Below the pieces are notes generated by a model. It was given only the letters and a program-made list of their open reading frames with translations. It was not told where the DNA came from and made no database searches. 43,436 bases of DNA from Myxococcota bacterium (GTDB lineage Bacteria > Myxococcota_C > UBA6777). Positions within the stretch are counted from its first letter, which is position 1; every line of letters starts with the position of its first letter. The stretch lies in NCBI GenBank assembly GCA_023150835.1, contig JAKLKB010000047.1, positions 1 through 43,436 on the forward strand, given 5' to 3'. The translations under genes and the position numbers were made by a program. Below, piece by piece: positions 1 to 11,205 of this stretch.

Positions 1-254
1 GATATCGTATAATACGAGATCCGCCCGTTGTGTGATCGTAAGGACGTAGGGGCAGACCCCTGTGTCTGCCCAATCATAGGGCGTCTACGTGTTCTCGTTT
101 GCGGTGTACGGCACTCGGATATCGTATAATACGAGATCCGCCCGTTGTGTGATCGTAAGGACGTAGGGGCAGACACAGGGGTCTGCCCAATCATAGGGCG
201 TCTACGTGTTCTCGTTTGCGGTGTACGGCACTCGGATATCGTATAAGTCCTATC
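1..254. repeat. 117-bp tandem repeat (2 full copies plus start of a third) of a REP/MITE-like element with a GTAG-GGGCAGAC-N6-GTCTGCCC hairpin; may continue left of the window
   Basis: Units start at 1, 118 and 235 and are identical apart from the hairpin loop. The array ends in GATATCGTATAAGTCCTATC. A diverged copy lies at 38738-38849. Confidence 0.9.
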
Positions 255-284
255 CGAGAAAGAGAGGGCAAAAAAGATATCGAA

Positions 285-3200
285 TCAAAGGGGATTTGGG
301 GTGTTGGGGGAGGTGGGTTGGGGCGGATGGGGAGCAAAGCGAAAGAGGATCTTGGGGGGTGTGTAGAGGGTGGCACCGGCTTGTTTGAGGGGGGGTCTGT
401 AGACGAGGCGGATGCGGGACATGGGGGCTTTGTAGTAGCGAAAGATCTGTCCGATGGAATGGAGGCGAAGCTGCGCGAGGCGTTTGGGATCGCGGGCGTA
501 GCTGGGGGTGTAAGAGTAAGCGGGTCTTCCATAGCGGGCATAGCGTCCGTAGCGTCCGTAGTAGCGGCTGTGGGAAGAGGGGTTGTGGGGTGTGTGTGCG
601 GGGATGACGGGAGTGATCTCGACGGTGAGGTTGCCAAGGGAAGGGGCAGCGCGCAGCAAAGCGGTGAGTTGCCCGAGGATATCGCGATGGTTGTAAGGGA
701 CGTGGTAGCTGTAGCCTGTAAAGAGGAAAGGGCGGAGCATTTGAAGGGTGCCGTCGGGTTGGATCTTGTTGAAGGAGAGGGTGGATTGTCCGGAGGGTGG
801 GCAGCCGTTGTCGGAGGGAGCGGCTGCGGTGGAGGTTCGAGCAGCATAAAGGCGGGTGGTTCGGGAGTGAGAAACAGGGAGAGCGGGTCGGTAGCTGGTG
901 CCTGCTTTGTGTTGGAGGGGGCAAAGGTCAAGGATATCGGGGATCTGATCGTCGTCGGCGTCGCGGGAGAGGAACTGGGGGTAGTTGGGGATCTCTTGTC
1001 CGAGGGCAGCTTGTCGTTGGAAGGCGGCGCAGGAGATACCGTGTTGTTTGATCAGGCGGTCGTCGGTGCGGCAAAGGGCTTGGGAGGAGAGGGGGGAGAT
1101 CTCGATCTGTTCGGGTTTGACGCCGAGTTGGAGCAGGTTGTGTTGGAGGGTGTGGAGGCGTTGTTGGGTGAGGAAAGAGGCGTCGGGTTCGTTGGGTTCG
1201 GAGCCAGCGCGCAGGGAGATCTTTTGTTGGGGGGATTGTTTGAGGGAGTCGGCGATCTGGTTGAGGATGCGTTGTTGGGTGGTGTGGGTGATCATCCAGT
1301 GGCAGCGGGGGAAAGAGAAGAGTGGTCCGGTGTAGGGGACGTTGGTTTGCCAGAGTTGTGCGGGGAGAGGAGAGTGTAGGAAGTTCGGGTGAGGAGTGGG
1401 ATGCAAGCAGCGGTCGGCATGATCGGAGAGCAGGAGCCAATATCCCCATGCTTGGAGGTGTTTTTGGTTTTTGAGCAGAGCGGCGATGCGTTCGCGTAGA
1501 GCGTCGGGTTCAAAGGCGGGTTGTGTTTGGTAGGCGCGGGCATAGGAGATGGCGGCGAGTGGAGGGTTGGATTTTTGGGTATATTGGGCGGCTTGTTGGA
1601 GGAAGAAGGCTTCGCGTTTGGGGGGGTCGAGAGTGGAGAGGCTTTGGAGCCAATGGTGGTGAGCGGATTTGTGTTGTCCTTGGGCATCGTAGAGGGAGGC
1701 GATGCGTTGGTGGAGAGCGGGATCGCGGGGGGAGGCTTGTTGGAGGCGGAGGTAGAGTGGTAGAGCAGCTTGGTGGAAGCCTTTTTTTTGAGCGAGATCA
1801 GCGAGTTGTTGGAGGGTTTGTGGGGGGAGGTTGGGTGTGTTGGCGATGTACCGGATAAGGGTTTGTTGGTGGGAGGGTTCGAGTTGTGGGAGGAGGCGTT
1901 GGAAAGGGGACCAGACGGCGTCCAGTCCGTTGGTGGCGATAGAGAGGTGGAGGATGCGTCGAGCGAAAGCGCGGTCGTTGGTATCGACGCAGCAGCGTTT
2001 GGAGAGTTGTTCGAGATAAGCGGGGGTGCGTTTGTGGGGTTGCTGTTGGAGATAGCGCATCCAGAGGGTTTCGGCGCGGTCAGGGTGTCCCAGATGTTCG
2101 AGCAGGAGGGCGGTTTTGTGAAGGAGGGGTGTTTGTTCGGGTCGTTGGAGCAGCATGAGTTCAAGGATGCGCAGGAGGAGGTCGGTTTGGTTGTATTTTT
2201 CGGAGAGATAGGCAAAGAGGCGGAGGGTTTCGTAGTTTTTGGGGGATTGGAGGATCTTTTGGAGGAGTTGATGGCGGTGGGCAGGAGCGAGGGCGCTGTA
2301 GATCTGTTCGAGCCAAGGGAGATCTTCCCATTGGAAGGGTTGGGAGAAGAGTTCGGGTGCGATTTTTTGGAGGGAGAGGCGGTAAGCGTAGATGCCGATG
2401 GCTTGGGAGATAAGGGTGCGATAGATGGAGGGGAAGCGTTTTGAGGCTTGGAGGAGTTGGGAGAAGAGGAGATCGCGTTCTTTGTGAAAGGATTGGAGTT
2501 GGTAGAGCATCTGGTGGAGGGAAGTGCGCCAGAGGGGGAGGTCGGCGGGTTCGATCTCGCGCAGGGCGAGGGATTGGATGACGGCTTTGGTCCAGACTTT
2601 GGAGAGTGCTTCGCGGATGGTTTGGATATCGCGATAAGGGATGAGGCCGGAGTATTGGAGGGCGAAGAGATTTTTTTGTGTGGCGAGGAAGTATTGGACG
2701 GGGAGGTCGTCGTGGTGGTGGAGTTGGATCTTGGTGAGCCAAGCGGCGCGTTCTTTGGGGAAGAGTTGGTAAGAGGAGGTGCGTTCGATGATGTGGAGAA
2801 GTGGGGTGATGGGTTTGGGAGGATGTTGGACCAAAGAGTCGATGGCATCGGCGGTATGTGTACAATGAGCGCGTTGTTGGCAGAGCATCAAGAGGGCATC
2901 GGCGCGGGCTTGTTGATGGGCCTCGGTGTGTTCGCCAGAAAAGGCGGAGAAGAGGGCGTCTGTGGCTTGTTTGGCCCAAGGGCTTTGGAGGAGAGGTCGA
3001 AACATCTCGATCATCTCGCGGGGGTTTTCGGCGAGTTTACGGCGTTGGAGATAGGTGCGCAGTGGCTGATCAAGGCGGGAACGGACGTAAGTTTCGAGGA
3101 GTTTTTGAGAGCCGTCGCTTTCAAGGAGTAGGGCATCTTCGGCGCGTTGGAGATGTTCGCGGGTGGTTTGGTTGCGTTCGCCGCAATGCCAGCGCAGGGC

Positions 3201-5063
3201 GTAGATCTGGAGGCGCAAGACAGGGCGAAGAGAGTCGACGAGTCCGCGCATCTTGGCGGTTTTGTCGAGTTGAAGGATGCGTTTGATCGAGGGGCAGATC
3301 TGGCGTTGCCATTGTTTTTGCGGGTTGGGTTGGGCGTAGCGGGTGATCTTTTGGTAAGAGCCGCGCAGTTCGTCCCAAGGGCGGAGCGCCCAAGCAGAGG
3401 CAAGGATGGCTTGTTTGGGGGCGAGAGGTGGAGAGAGGGCGCGTTTGGCGAGAGAGGCGATCTTTTCTTCGTGTTGGGTTTGGAGGAAGAGGATGTGCAT
3501 TTGCTTGAGTTGGATGGGATCGGCCTCTGTGGCGCGTTCGAGTGCGCGGCGGGCTTTGGTGGAAAGAGTGGAAGCGCCCATCTGATCGGCGGATTGCTCG
3601 ATCTTGAATAAGGTATCCCAATCTTTGGGGTAGCGTTGGAGAGTTTGTTCGAGGAGTTTTTTGGCTTGGTTGTAGTCTTTGCGGGCTTGTTGTGTGGCAT
3701 AGCGCGCCCACATCGTCCATTCTTGGCGGCGTTGGGCGTCCCATTGGAGGACGCTGTTTCGGACGGAGAGGGCGGACCAGACGTCGGTTGTTGGGGGGGG
3801 CGGTTGGGTGTAGCGTCTGCGATAATACAGGTGTCTTCGATAGGCGGCGTAACTAGAGGAGGAAGATTGGAAGAGATGGATGGGGGTCCAGCGGCCTTTG
3901 AGGGGACGGCCAGAGCTTCGGAGGAAGCTATCGGCGAGTTGGAGCATGTGCGAAGGGCGGGCGTGTCCGTATTTGACGAGGGCTTGGATGTGTTCGTTGG
4001 CGGCGGGAAAGTCTTGTTCTTTGGAGAAGTGTTCGACGAGCCAGAGGCGGGGTTCACGCAGAGAGGGTTTGAGGCGAAGGACGCGCTTGGCGATCTGGAT
4101 GGCTTCGGCCTCTTGTTTGTTTTCGCGGTAGAGTCGGGCAAGAAACAAGAGTTCGCGGGGATCTTTGGAGCGTTTCCATGTTTTGGCGAGGCGTTCGGTG
4201 AGGGTGGGGAGATCTTTTTGATGGCGGAAGATCTCGGTTTCGCGTTCGAGGAGTTCCCAGCGCATCCAGTCGTGGAGCGTGCCGATTTTACGGGCATCTT
4301 GGATGAGTTGAAGGGCTTGGGTGTAGCGTTGTTGGTTCATCTCGATGCGGCTGAGGCGAAGGGCGAGGCGCAGACGTTCGGCGGATCTGGATTTTTCGTA
4401 GAGTGGGCGGAGGATCGCGCTTGCATCGGCCCAATACTGGTGCTGTTCGTAAAGCTGGGCGAGTCCGTGTTGTTGAGAGGAGGACCAAGTGATCTTAGAG
4501 ATCTGGGGTTGTATCCATGCCAAAGCGGCGGCATCACGGGCTTGGAGAGAGACTTCTAAGATACGCAACAGCAGTTTGGGTCGGTTGCTTTCGGGGACGA
4601 GGGGGAGGAGTTGTTGGAAGGTGGTCATGGCCTCGCGGGGGCGTTTTTGAGAGAGATGGATGGAGGCGATACGGAGCAGGGGCGGTTGTTTTTGGGTGGA
4701 GCGGTTGGCGATGTCGGTCCAAAGGCGCAAGGCTTCGGCGTGTTGTGCTTGGCGTTCGAGGGCGCGAGCGTAGACGATGGTGGCAGAGAGGTTTTGGGGA
4801 GAGCGTTGGTAGTGAGCCTTCCATTGGGCATAGAGGGCGCGGCGGGCGGGGGCCTGTTTGTGGAGGCGTAAGAGTTCGTGAAAGGCTTTTTGGGAGTAGG
4901 GTTCGTTTTGGAGGATCTCTGCCCAGCGTTTGATCAGGACAGAGGAGCGATCACCGCGCTTGAGCTGCCAGTCGTCTTCGGCATCTGCAAGGGGAAGAGA
5001 CCCCCCGTAAAAGAGGAAAAAAGCAAAAAGATTCAGCCAAGAAAAGCGCAGTATGTTTCGCAA
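285..5063 (-). CDS. Large exported TPR-repeat protein with a C-terminal TSP3-like Asp motif and two degenerate OmpA-C-like domains
   Basis: 1592-aa ORF with a TTG start and a signal-like N-terminus (..GSLPLADA). Many helical TPR-like segments, a DADDDQIPDILDLCP...DNGCP motif, and two segments resembling the OmpA-C pattern. Confidence 0.8.
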   Translation of the reverse strand: MRNILRFSWLNLFAFFLFYGGSLPLADAEDDWQLKRGDRSSVLIKRWAEILQNEPYSQKAFHELLRLHKQAPARRALYAQWKAHYQRSPQNLSATIVYARALERQAQHAEALRLWTDIANRSTQKQPPLLRIASIHLSQKRPREAMTTFQQLLPLVPESNRPKLLLRILEVSLQARDAAALAWIQPQISKITWSSSQQHGLAQLYEQHQYWADASAILRPLYEKSRSAERLRLALRLSRIEMNQQRYTQALQLIQDARKIGTLHDWMRWELLERETEIFRHQKDLPTLTERLAKTWKRSKDPRELLFLARLYRENKQEAEAIQIAKRVLRLKPSLREPRLWLVEHFSKEQDFPAANEHIQALVKYGHARPSHMLQLADSFLRSSGRPLKGRWTPIHLFQSSSSSYAAYRRHLYYRRRYTQPPPPTTDVWSALSVRNSVLQWDAQRRQEWTMWARYATQQARKDYNQAKKLLEQTLQRYPKDWDTLFKIEQSADQMGASTLSTKARRALERATEADPIQLKQMHILFLQTQHEEKIASLAKRALSPPLAPKQAILASAWALRPWDELRGSYQKITRYAQPNPQKQWQRQICPSIKRILQLDKTAKMRGLVDSLRPVLRLQIYALRWHCGERNQTTREHLQRAEDALLLESDGSQKLLETYVRSRLDQPLRTYLQRRKLAENPREMIEMFRPLLQSPWAKQATDALFSAFSGEHTEAHQQARADALLMLCQQRAHCTHTADAIDSLVQHPPKPITPLLHIIERTSSYQLFPKERAAWLTKIQLHHHDDLPVQYFLATQKNLFALQYSGLIPYRDIQTIREALSKVWTKAVIQSLALREIEPADLPLWRTSLHQMLYQLQSFHKERDLLFSQLLQASKRFPSIYRTLISQAIGIYAYRLSLQKIAPELFSQPFQWEDLPWLEQIYSALAPAHRHQLLQKILQSPKNYETLRLFAYLSEKYNQTDLLLRILELMLLQRPEQTPLLHKTALLLEHLGHPDRAETLWMRYLQQQPHKRTPAYLEQLSKRCCVDTNDRAFARRILHLSIATNGLDAVWSPFQRLLPQLEPSHQQTLIRYIANTPNLPPQTLQQLADLAQKKGFHQAALPLYLRLQQASPRDPALHQRIASLYDAQGQHKSAHHHWLQSLSTLDPPKREAFFLQQAAQYTQKSNPPLAAISYARAYQTQPAFEPDALRERIAALLKNQKHLQAWGYWLLLSDHADRCLHPTPHPNFLHSPLPAQLWQTNVPYTGPLFSFPRCHWMITHTTQQRILNQIADSLKQSPQQKISLRAGSEPNEPDASFLTQQRLHTLQHNLLQLGVKPEQIEISPLSSQALCRTDDRLIKQHGISCAAFQRQAALGQEIPNYPQFLSRDADDDQIPDILDLCPLQHKAGTSYRPALPVSHSRTTRLYAARTSTAAAPSDNGCPPSGQSTLSFNKIQPDGTLQMLRPFLFTGYSYHVPYNHRDILGQLTALLRAAPSLGNLTVEITPVIPAHTPHNPSSHSRYYGRYGRYARYGRPAYSYTPSYARDPKRLAQLRLHSIGQIFRYYKAPMSRIRLVYRPPLKQAGATLYTPPKILFRFAPHPPQPTSPNTPNPL

Positions 5064-5149
5064 GGTCGGGCCCTTTATTCACAAACGGGTGAGTTTGGTG
5101 CGCACAGTTCGCGCCCCATCCGACAGTTGGACTGCATCGCTGCGGTGCA

Positions 5150-8100
5150 TCAGGGCCAAACGCATCGGAAGCCGAGATCCAAGCGACGCGAAGAAGCAGA
5201 AAAGGCCCATCTTCGGGCGGCGAGGAGTTCAGCGGGCTGAGAGGACCAGCTACCACCACGGGCTTCGCGGTGGTAACAAACCTGATCAGCGGTGGTCTCG
5301 GAGGCGCAATCGCGAGTCCATTCGCGAACGTTGCCCGCGAGATCGAATACCCCAAAAGGACTGCGATCCGAGGTTTTAGAGCCGACAGATGCCGTTTTGG
5401 GTGGACGGGGGCATATTCGCTTACGTCGTTTGGGGCTGCCAAAGACAGCACGTGTGCAATCTGGAGACGTACCTGAGAAGGGAAAGATCTGTCCTTCAAA
5501 GCCACGCGCAGCTTTTTCCCATTCGAGAGAGGAAGGTAGACGCTTGTTGCGAAAGCGGCAATATGTGGCGGCTTCTTCCCATGTGACGGAGACAACGGGC
5601 TGTGTGGGTGCTGAAAAGCCCGTCTTTTGGGAGGCTGCGAGGGTCTGGCAAGCGCCTGCGTTGACGCAGATGGCATAATCGCGCCATGTCACTTCGTAGC
5701 GATCGATCCAAAAGGTCGGAAGACGCCGCCATTGGATCGGAACAGGGCTACCAAGGCCACCGTAGGGAAACCAGCCTTTGGGGACACGGCGCATGGCCTT
5801 GAGATCGGGGGGAAGGCGCAAGGGCTGCGAAGGCGGGACAAGAGCTTGTGTGGGCGGCGATGGGCGGGGCGAAACAGCAGAGCGAGACAGCGTGTGTGGG
5901 CGGCGCGTGTGAGGGCGAGATCTTCGTCGGGGTGAAGGGCGACGGCGAGGTGCAGCGGTGCGTTTTGAAGGTTGTTTGGAGCGAGGGAGAGGCGAAGTGG
6001 TGGAAAGCGAAGATCTCGGTGGTTCCGGCGAGATCCAGCGTTCGATCAGGCGTTGTGTGTGGCCGTTGTAAGAAGCCCATCCAAGGGCCGAAGCGACGGT
6101 GAGCAACAGCAGTACCCAGCCCCACCGCCATTTGCTGGCAGAGGGTGAAGCCTCGATCGCAAAAGCAACGTCTTCGTGAAAGAGAGAGGGATCGACGGAA
6201 GAGGAGGATGGACCGAAAGCAGCGAGTTCTTGGGAAGACGCGAGAGCGCGTGCGGGGTACGAGCCTGAGAGGATATCGGCACGAAATCGAGCGACGTGTT
6301 CGTCATCGTCGGGGAGCGTGGGGAAGTCGTTGAGGGCTTGGGCCAGATCAGCTACAGAGGAAGGGGGCGGGTGGTGGGCTTTCGCGGTTTTGAGCAGCGT
6401 TGGGTTAGAAGAAGGTGTTGAAAGGCTCGGTGGGATGGGCGTTGATGCGGTGAGAGGTGTGTTTGTGGGGGATGCGGTGTTTGTGGGGGATGCGTTGTTT
6501 GTGGGGGATGCGTTGTTTGTGGAGGATACGTTGTTTGTGGAAGGAGCGGAGGGATAGTCGTTTGTGGAAGGAGCGGAGGGATGGTCGTTTGTGGAGGGAG
6601 CGGGTGTGGATGGTGTGAGGAGCGAAGGTTGCGGAGCGGGGGAGGCTTGGAGGATGGCTTGTTGGTAGGAGAGGTAGGCATCGCGATCAAAGTCGGAGGT
6701 TCCTTGGTGGGGTGCGGGAGGGGCTGAGCGTGGGATGTGAGGACGAAGTAAGCCGAGGGGAGTGCTTGTTGGGGCGTGTTGGTGTGGGGCGGTTGCGGGG
6801 AGGTGGGCGGCCCCTGCAAAGACGGCTTCGGATGGGAGACTTGAGGAGGAGCCGTCAACGGCGGAAGCTGGAGCAAGCGAAGCGGCTTGGTGGATCTCTT
6901 GTTTGAGTGCATCGCGATCAAAGTCGGCAGTCCCTTGAGATGCGGGACGTTTGACCTGTGCGATTGGCGCAAGCAGGGGATCCATGAGGCTTTGTGGAGC
7001 AGGAGCTTTTGAGGGAGAGAGAAAGCCCGATGGCTCGAGAAAGAGGGAAGAGTCGGAAAGACGCGATGGATCGGGAAAGAGGGAAGAGTCGGAAAGACGC
7101 GATGGATCGGGAAAGAGGGAAGAGTCGGAAAGACGCGATGGATCGGGAGAAGTCGATGGATCGGGAGAAGCCGATGGATCGGGAGGGTGAGAGGAGCGAG
7201 ACGGAGCGGAACGTTCGAGCGACGATGACGGGCGATGGATCAAAGACAGCAAGGCGTCGCGTGCTTGTTGGGCGTCAGGGAAGCGGTCTTTTGGGTCTTT
7301 GGCGAGGAGGGTTTGGTGCCAAGGATCAAAGCCCGAGGGGAGGCGATCAAGGAGTCCTCGGTCGAGCGGGGGGCGAGGATCACGGAGGATCTGTTGGAGG
7401 ATGTGAAGGTGAGCGATCCCGTCGATCATGCGCTCGCCAACAAGGGTTTCGTAAGCGATCACCCCAAGCGCATACAGATCACTGCGGGCGTCAACGGCGC
7501 TGAGATCTTCGATCTGTTCGGGGGCCAAGTACTGGACAGCGACAGCTTCGCCGGCGTGCTGCCCCAACGTTGAAGAAAGCTGCGCAAAGCGTATCCGTGA
7601 GACACCAAAACCGCTGATTTTGCACGTCAAGATCGGGTCGTGGGCTTTATGTTGTCGGGTTTCGACCAAAAACAGATTGCTAGGCTTGAGATCGCGGTGG
7701 ATGACGCCCTGTCGATGGGCATGATCCAAGGCTTCAAGGATATCCAATAACAAAGACAGCGTGATATCAGGAGCCAGCGGGCCTTCCAAGAGTTTGGCTT
7801 GGAGAGTCGGTCCATGCAAAAGCTCCATCACAAGGGCCAATCGGCCCTCTTCTTCCACAAAGCCGTCAAACCGCACGATCGATGGATGCACCAATTGAGC
7901 GAGGAGCTCTCCTTCACGTCGAAGCAACCGCCTTGCAGCGATATCGCCCTCTCGCAAAGGCGGCAACATCTTGATCGCGAATTCTTGTTGATCCGAGTGC
8001 CGCTTTGCACGATAAACCCGCCCCATCTCCCCTTCGCCCAACAGCTCGACCAGTGTGTAGCCTCCCCACGAATCCCCAAGACCGCTGCGCAGCCCTTTTT

Positions 8101-8224
8101 GTGATGTGCTTGACGGCGCACTTTCGGGCGCAGGGGTCAACCAACTCGCGTCCGACAATCGGCCACATTGAACGCAAAAGCGGCTTTGTTTGGGATTTTC
8201 ATGACCACAAGCTTCACAACGCAT
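5150..8224 (-). CDS. Zinc-ribbon + Ser/Thr kinase-like domain + Pro/Ser linker + TM + FGE-sulfatase (SUMF1-like) domain protein
   Basis: CEACG..CVQCG; GEGEMG, AIK, HRDLKPSN, YLAPE, DLYALG; TM WGWVLLLLTVASALGW; FWIDRYEVT, RLPSSLEWEKAARG, DLAGNVREW, RGGSW, LGFRC. Confidence 0.93.
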   Translation of the reverse strand: MRCEACGHENPKQSRFCVQCGRLSDASWLTPAPESAPSSTSQKGLRSGLGDSWGGYTLVELLGEGEMGRVYRAKRHSDQQEFAIKMLPPLREGDIAARRLLRREGELLAQLVHPSIVRFDGFVEEEGRLALVMELLHGPTLQAKLLEGPLAPDITLSLLLDILEALDHAHRQGVIHRDLKPSNLFLVETRQHKAHDPILTCKISGFGVSRIRFAQLSSTLGQHAGEAVAVQYLAPEQIEDLSAVDARSDLYALGVIAYETLVGERMIDGIAHLHILQQILRDPRPPLDRGLLDRLPSGFDPWHQTLLAKDPKDRFPDAQQARDALLSLIHRPSSSLERSAPSRSSHPPDPSASPDPSTSPDPSRLSDSSLFPDPSRLSDSSLFPDPSRLSDSSLFLEPSGFLSPSKAPAPQSLMDPLLAPIAQVKRPASQGTADFDRDALKQEIHQAASLAPASAVDGSSSSLPSEAVFAGAAHLPATAPHQHAPTSTPLGLLRPHIPRSAPPAPHQGTSDFDRDAYLSYQQAILQASPAPQPSLLTPSTPAPSTNDHPSAPSTNDYPSAPSTNNVSSTNNASPTNNASPTNTASPTNTPLTASTPIPPSLSTPSSNPTLLKTAKAHHPPPSSVADLAQALNDFPTLPDDDEHVARFRADILSGSYPARALASSQELAAFGPSSSSVDPSLFHEDVAFAIEASPSASKWRWGWVLLLLTVASALGWASYNGHTQRLIERWISPEPPRSSLSTTSPLPRSKQPSKRTAAPRRRPSPRRRSRPHTRRPHTLSRSAVSPRPSPPTQALVPPSQPLRLPPDLKAMRRVPKGWFPYGGLGSPVPIQWRRLPTFWIDRYEVTWRDYAICVNAGACQTLAASQKTGFSAPTQPVVSVTWEEAATYCRFRNKRLPSSLEWEKAARGFEGQIFPFSGTSPDCTRAVFGSPKRRKRICPRPPKTASVGSKTSDRSPFGVFDLAGNVREWTRDCASETTADQVCYHREARGGSWSSQPAELLAARRWAFSASSRRLDLGFRCVWP
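7043..7181. repeat. In-frame 36-bp x3 plus 18-bp tandem repeats (PDPSRLSDSSLF) in the kinase linker
   Basis: GAGGGAAGAGTCGGAAAGACGCGATGGATCGGGA unit repeated three times. Confidence 0.9.
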
Positions 8225-8400
8225 TCGATTTCCAGCGGTTTTCTATCGGTTTGATCGTTACGCAGCTCCCCTCAGACGGCAAGAGGCTTTGGAAGATTCC
8301 CACGCCCTGCGCCTTTGTCCAAGAGCGGGGCGATTGATTTTTTGCTAGATTTCGAAAATGATTGAAGATTCTTTGATGAGCGCGTTTGGAAAATTTTTTC

Positions 8401-8429
8401 TTGACAACCCTTGAGGCGGTCTTATCTCT
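8401..8429 (+). promoter_or_regulatory. Candidate sigma70-type promoter for groES-groEL
   Basis: Perfect TTGACA at 8401 after an A/T tract. The -10 (TATCTC) is weak. Confidence 0.4.
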
Positions 8430-8614
8430 TTGCCCAACAAAGACAGACCCCCCCCAAGGGGACGGCCCTGTCTCTCCACGCCAAGCGCCAAAAACTCTCC
8501 GCTCGACGAGATATTTTGGCGCGTCTTTCTCCTTTCATTCATTCTTGAACAGACGCTCGTTACCGACGATCCTTTCGGATACACGGCGTCCTTGTGATTT
8601 GGAGATCTACTTCG

Positions 8615-8905
8615 ATGAAGATGAAGCCGCTGCATGACCGTATCCTTGTCACCCGTATTGAAGAAGAACACAAAACCGCTGGTGGGATCATTATCCCCGA
8701 TACAGCCAAAGAAAAACCCCTCCAAGGGAAAGTAGTGGCTGTGGGCGCTGGCAAGATCCTCGAAGATGGTTCGCGCCGTAGCCTCGATGTCAAAGAAGGA
8801 CACCGCATCCTGTTTGGCAAATACTCTGGTACAGAGATCAAGATCGATGGCAAAGAACACCTGATCCTGCGCGAAGACGATATCCTCGGAATCCTCGAAG
8901 ATTAA
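8615..8905 (+). CDS. groES: Co-chaperonin GroES
   Basis: [48 protein letters not shown] at 8601 favours ATG 8615 over the ORF-track start. Confidence 0.98.
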   Translation: MKMKPLHDRILVTRIEEEHKTAGGIIIPDTAKEKPLQGKVVAVGAGKILEDGSRRSLDVKEGHRILFGKYSGTEIKIDGKEHLILREDDILGILED

Positions 8906-8950
8906 TACCCCCACGCACATCCCCTCTCGCCCACCCAAGTCCTTCTTTGA

Positions 8951-10741
<1,791 letters not shown>

Positions 10742-10780
10742 TCCCCCGATCTATCCGACAAATCGCTCTTCTTCTGCTTT

Positions 10781-10820
10781 GAAAAACCCTCGTGATCGAA
10801 TCACGGGGGTTTTTTCGTTT
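10781..10820 (+). terminator. Intrinsic terminator of groESL
   Basis: GAAAAACCCTCGTGAT-CGA-ATCACGGGGGTTTTTTC hairpin with a T tract, 40 bp after the groEL stop. Confidence 0.88.
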
Positions 10821-10882
10821 GGGCGTGTGCGTGTGTGCGATCTTGTTCGGTGGATCGGCGTGTTGGAACTCTTGATGAGGGG

Positions 10883-10994
10883 GGAGTGCTTGGGTGTAAG
10901 TGGGGTGGAGTGCTTGGGTGTAAGTGGGGTGAAGGCTTTCGCGCACCGCAACGGAGCGAGGGGTTTTTGTGGAGTGCTTGGGTGTAAGTGGGGT
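10883..10994. repeat. Intergenic 24-bp direct repeat x3
   Basis: GGAGTGCTTGGGTGTAAGTGGGGT at 10883, 10907 and 10971. Confidence 0.9.
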
Positions 10995-11205
10995 GAAGGG
11001 CTTGGGGGGTCGGTGAGATCAAACGCGGGTGAGAAAGGTCTTGGGCTGAAACGCGGAAGGTTCGTCTATACCGCTGTCGCGTGTCTTGTGGTGAGCGAAG
11101 AAGAACAACCTCGCAAGAAAGAAACGGCTGTAGTACAAAGAGCAGGGATGTGTTTGTGCTTGAGTGAGACCGCTTTCGGTATGTACGAGTCTTGAGGAGT
11201 AAGGA

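Noticed and set aside
1-254. Possible CRISPR array
   Set aside because: Whole 117-bp units are identical, with no unique spacers and no cas genes.
216-4559. Long plus-strand Gly/Val/Glu-rich ORFs (216-1379, 1770-2444, 2448-3131, 3636-4559)
   Set aside because: Antisense shadows of the 1592-aa TPR gene.
285-8224. T6SS regulatory locus (kinase, FGE-like and OmpA-like domains)
   Set aside because: No T6SS structural genes, FHA protein or phosphatase in the window.
10883-10994. Possible mini-CRISPR or CIRCE (contains GAGTGCT)
   Set aside because: The first two repeats abut with no spacer. There is no inverted TTAGCACTC half, and the site is downstream of groEL.
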